From a virus (taxonomy: Duplodnaviria; Caudoviricetes), in the IMG/VR virus record IMGVR_UViG_3300010309_000056, positions 1 through 47,569 of that record: a stretch of 47,569 bases of DNA, one strand, 5' to 3'. Each line of letters starts with the position of its first letter. Positions within the stretch are counted from its first letter, which is position 1. Position numbers and translations under genes: made by a program. This document shows positions 45,887-47,569 of this stretch, one piece after another. The notes under the pieces are model-generated. The model saw only the letters and a program-made list of their open reading frames with translations, was not told where the DNA came from and made no database searches.

Positions 45887-46833
45887 TACGCCACCGCCAT
45901 TTCAACCGCAAGTTCCGCAGCTTTCTTTTTCTTGACTTGGTTAGCACCGAACCACGCAGAAGTCATTCGACCATCGGCAGTACGACCCAACTGGTGGTCA
46001 GTTAAGTAGGTAACAGAGTTGAATGCCTGCCACCATGAACCACGACCGTACTCAGCGCCTGGCTGGGTTTCTAACAACTCAAACGCCTTCTTCGCATTTG
46101 GAGCAAGGTCATTGTAAGTCTTAACTTCAGCAGCAGGAGACTGTGAAGGGAATAGAGAGTTATAGTACTGAATCAGAGTATCAGCAGTGAACTGTCGTTT
46201 TGATAACAACTCTGCCATTACTTTGTATTGGTCAAACTTCTCGTGGGCAAGACCCATAGTGACTTTAACCTGTTCAGCATCGAATGCCTTACGGTGATTG
46301 ATCTTGGTTGAGTTTACCGAAGTACGATTTAGAGCAAGAGCAAGACTGTTCATACAGGTTACTCGAACCGGAGTGAATCGAATGTCAATTGACTTACCGT
46401 ACTCATGTGGGTTAGAGAATAGAAGGTAGGAATCAACTTGGTCACCACCAAGGATATCGAACGACTCTTTGACCTTGGCCAATGCGTAGACCATCTTACC
46501 ATCTTTCAAAGAACCCGCAGAACTCATTTCCATATCACCGGCAGAGCAGTAATCATTGAAGAATTCGAATGCCTGTTCGTTTTGAACTGGATTCCAGTTA
46601 CCACCGACTTGAGTCAGTACTTTAGAGTCAGTAGAGCGGACGAGTGCCTCCATACCAGTGGCAATTTGCTCACCGTTATGGTGTACGAATGAAGGGATTT
46701 TCTCAACTGTCCAGTCGACGCCTGCTTTCTGCATCATCTGGATAGGAGTTAGGTCGTTGGATACCTCGGTACCGATACCCCAAGGGCATTTACCAACAGT
46801 AGCAGAAGTTTCGATTTGAAGGATATTGTTCAT
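45886..46833 (-). CDS. DUF932 (phage/plasmid-like, TIGR03299-type) protein
   Basis: PW.GIG..AG.DW.V..PVQNEQAFEFF..AGSL..G..YLLFSN.H..TPVRV.C.N.L..WQAFN.VT..DH. Confidence 0.85.
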   Translation of the reverse strand: MNNILQIETSATVGKCPWGIGTEVSNDLTPIQMMQKAGVDWTVEKIPSFVHHNGEQIATGMEALVRSTDSKVLTQVGGNWNPVQNEQAFEFFNDYCSAGDMEMSSAGSLKDGKMVYALAKVKESFDILGGDQVDSYLLFSNPHEYGKSIDIRFTPVRVTCMNSLALALNRTSVNSTKINHRKAFDAEQVKVTMGLAHEKFDQYKVMAELLSKRQFTADTLIQYYNSLFPSQSPAAEVKTYNDLAPNAKKAFELLETQPGAEYGRGSWWQAFNSVTYLTDHQLGRTADGRMTSAWFGANQVKKKKAAELAVEMAVA

Positions 46834-46876
46834 AATATAGTTCTCTCTTTTAGTTAACAATTTAATTTATACCGCT

Positions 46877-46906
46877 AGTATAACACATGTTTCCATTACT
46901 TGTCAA
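46877..46906 (-). promoter_or_regulatory. Early promoter (same spacer family as 24316-24345)
   Basis: TTGACA-18-TATACT. Confidence 0.8.
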
Positions 46907-46935
46907 TACTTATTATCAAAATAACTCAATTAATT

Positions 46936-47085
46936 TTAAGAAACATCTTTCTCGTATATTTCGATGTTCTCTTCCGGAACATTGAGGGCAATGAGGTCAC
47001 GCTTCATTTTTTCGGGATTGGCCACGTTCCACACAATGTGTCTCTCACCTAAGCTGTCAATCCATTCAAGATTCATTACGTACAT
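46936..47085 (-). CDS. Small hypothetical protein (49 aa; not in ORF track)
   Basis: GAGG SD then MYVMNLEWIDSLGERH.. Confidence 0.55.
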   Translation of the reverse strand: MYVMNLEWIDSLGERHIVWNVANPEKMKRDLIALNVPEENIEIYEKDVS

Positions 47086-47094
47086 TATGATTCC

Positions 47095-47298
47095 TCAAGC
47101 ATATACATTGTTAGTATCTATTTTGTAGACACCGATAGGACTGCGGTAGTTCTCATTCATATCACGCAAGTCGGCAAGTAACATAGTAAACCCACCTTCA
47201 CACCACATACGATCACCGTCGATCTTGAGAACAGCGCGTTCTTCGGTCGGATGCATCGCACCCCAGTTACAATAGACAACATCACCAACTTCAATCAT
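47095..47298 (-). CDS. Hypothetical early protein
   Basis: Start moved to MIEVGD, after the cassette SD. Confidence 0.6.
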   Translation of the reverse strand: MIEVGDVVYCNWGAMHPTEERAVLKIDGDRMWCEGGFTMLLADLRDMNENYRSPIGVYKIDTNNVYA

Positions 47299-47302
47299 AA
47301 TT

Positions 47303-47358
47303 TTCTCTCTCAACTCAATTTGTACAGCTATTATACTTCTTTTAGAAACAAATGTCAA
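47303..47358 (-). promoter_or_regulatory. Early promoter/leader cassette, identical over about 55 bp to 22594-22649
   Basis: TTGACA-17-TATAAT-AGCTGTACAAATTGAGTTGAGAGAG. Confidence 0.9.
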
Positions 47359-47423
47359 CAATATTAATAGAACAAAATAGCATAACACCATCGAGTTTAT
47401 AACCAAATAGTCTAATGAAGCCA

Positions 47424-47451
47424 TTGACAATATCTTCATATATGTTATAAT
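47424..47451 (+). promoter_or_regulatory. Divergent early promoter
   Basis: TTGACA-16-(TGn)TATAAT with a GAGAGAGAG leader. Confidence 0.85.
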
Positions 47452-47482
47452 AGTACCTCATTAGACAGAGAGAGAAGTTATT

Positions 47483-47569
47483 ATGATGAACGCAAAACCT
47501 GACTACTACTATGTTCTACGCAATGTTGTCAACGATCAGTTGATCAATGATATGAAGTTCGACAGTCTA
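47483..47569 (+). CDS. Hypothetical protein, truncated by the window end
   Basis: MMNAKPDYYYVLRNVVND.., open to the end, after promoter and SD. Confidence 0.55.
   Translation, partial: MMNAKPDYYYVLRNVVNDQLINDMKFDSL

Overview
A segment of a T4-like (Tevenvirinae-type) myovirus genome, probably aquatic; the host cannot be read from the sequence. 1-18.8 kb: a virion baseplate/tail module (gp48, gp53, hub, gp5-N, gp25, gp6, short gp7-like; then gp4, gp2, gp54, gp26, gp51, gp29-like) plus gp32 and gp33, with T4 late promoters (TATAAATA). It ends in a 1144-aa protein with a gp9/gp10-type N-terminus and about 303 Gly-X-Y triplets, followed by a 2OG-Fe(II) oxygenase and a GT2 glycosyltransferase. 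19-29.4 kb and 43-47.5 kb: early hypervariable regions of small ORFs driven by repeated sigma70-type promoter/leader cassettes. They contain a restriction endonuclease-like/methyltransferase pair and a ~100-nt promoter-driven, pseudo-symmetric structured RNA ending in ACCA. 30.7-40.7 kb: a glycan-tailoring island (about five glycosyltransferase-like genes, a carbamoyltransferase, a radical SAM/SPASM enzyme, a sulfotransferase-like protein) mixed with holin, endolysin, GroES-like, SNase and HAD genes. Strongest leads: the double three-way-junction ncRNA, the collagen fibre with adjacent hydroxylase/GT, the phage R-M cassette and the glycan island. All calls are motif recognition by eye; no database search was run. 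Several starts are shortened relative to the ORF track.
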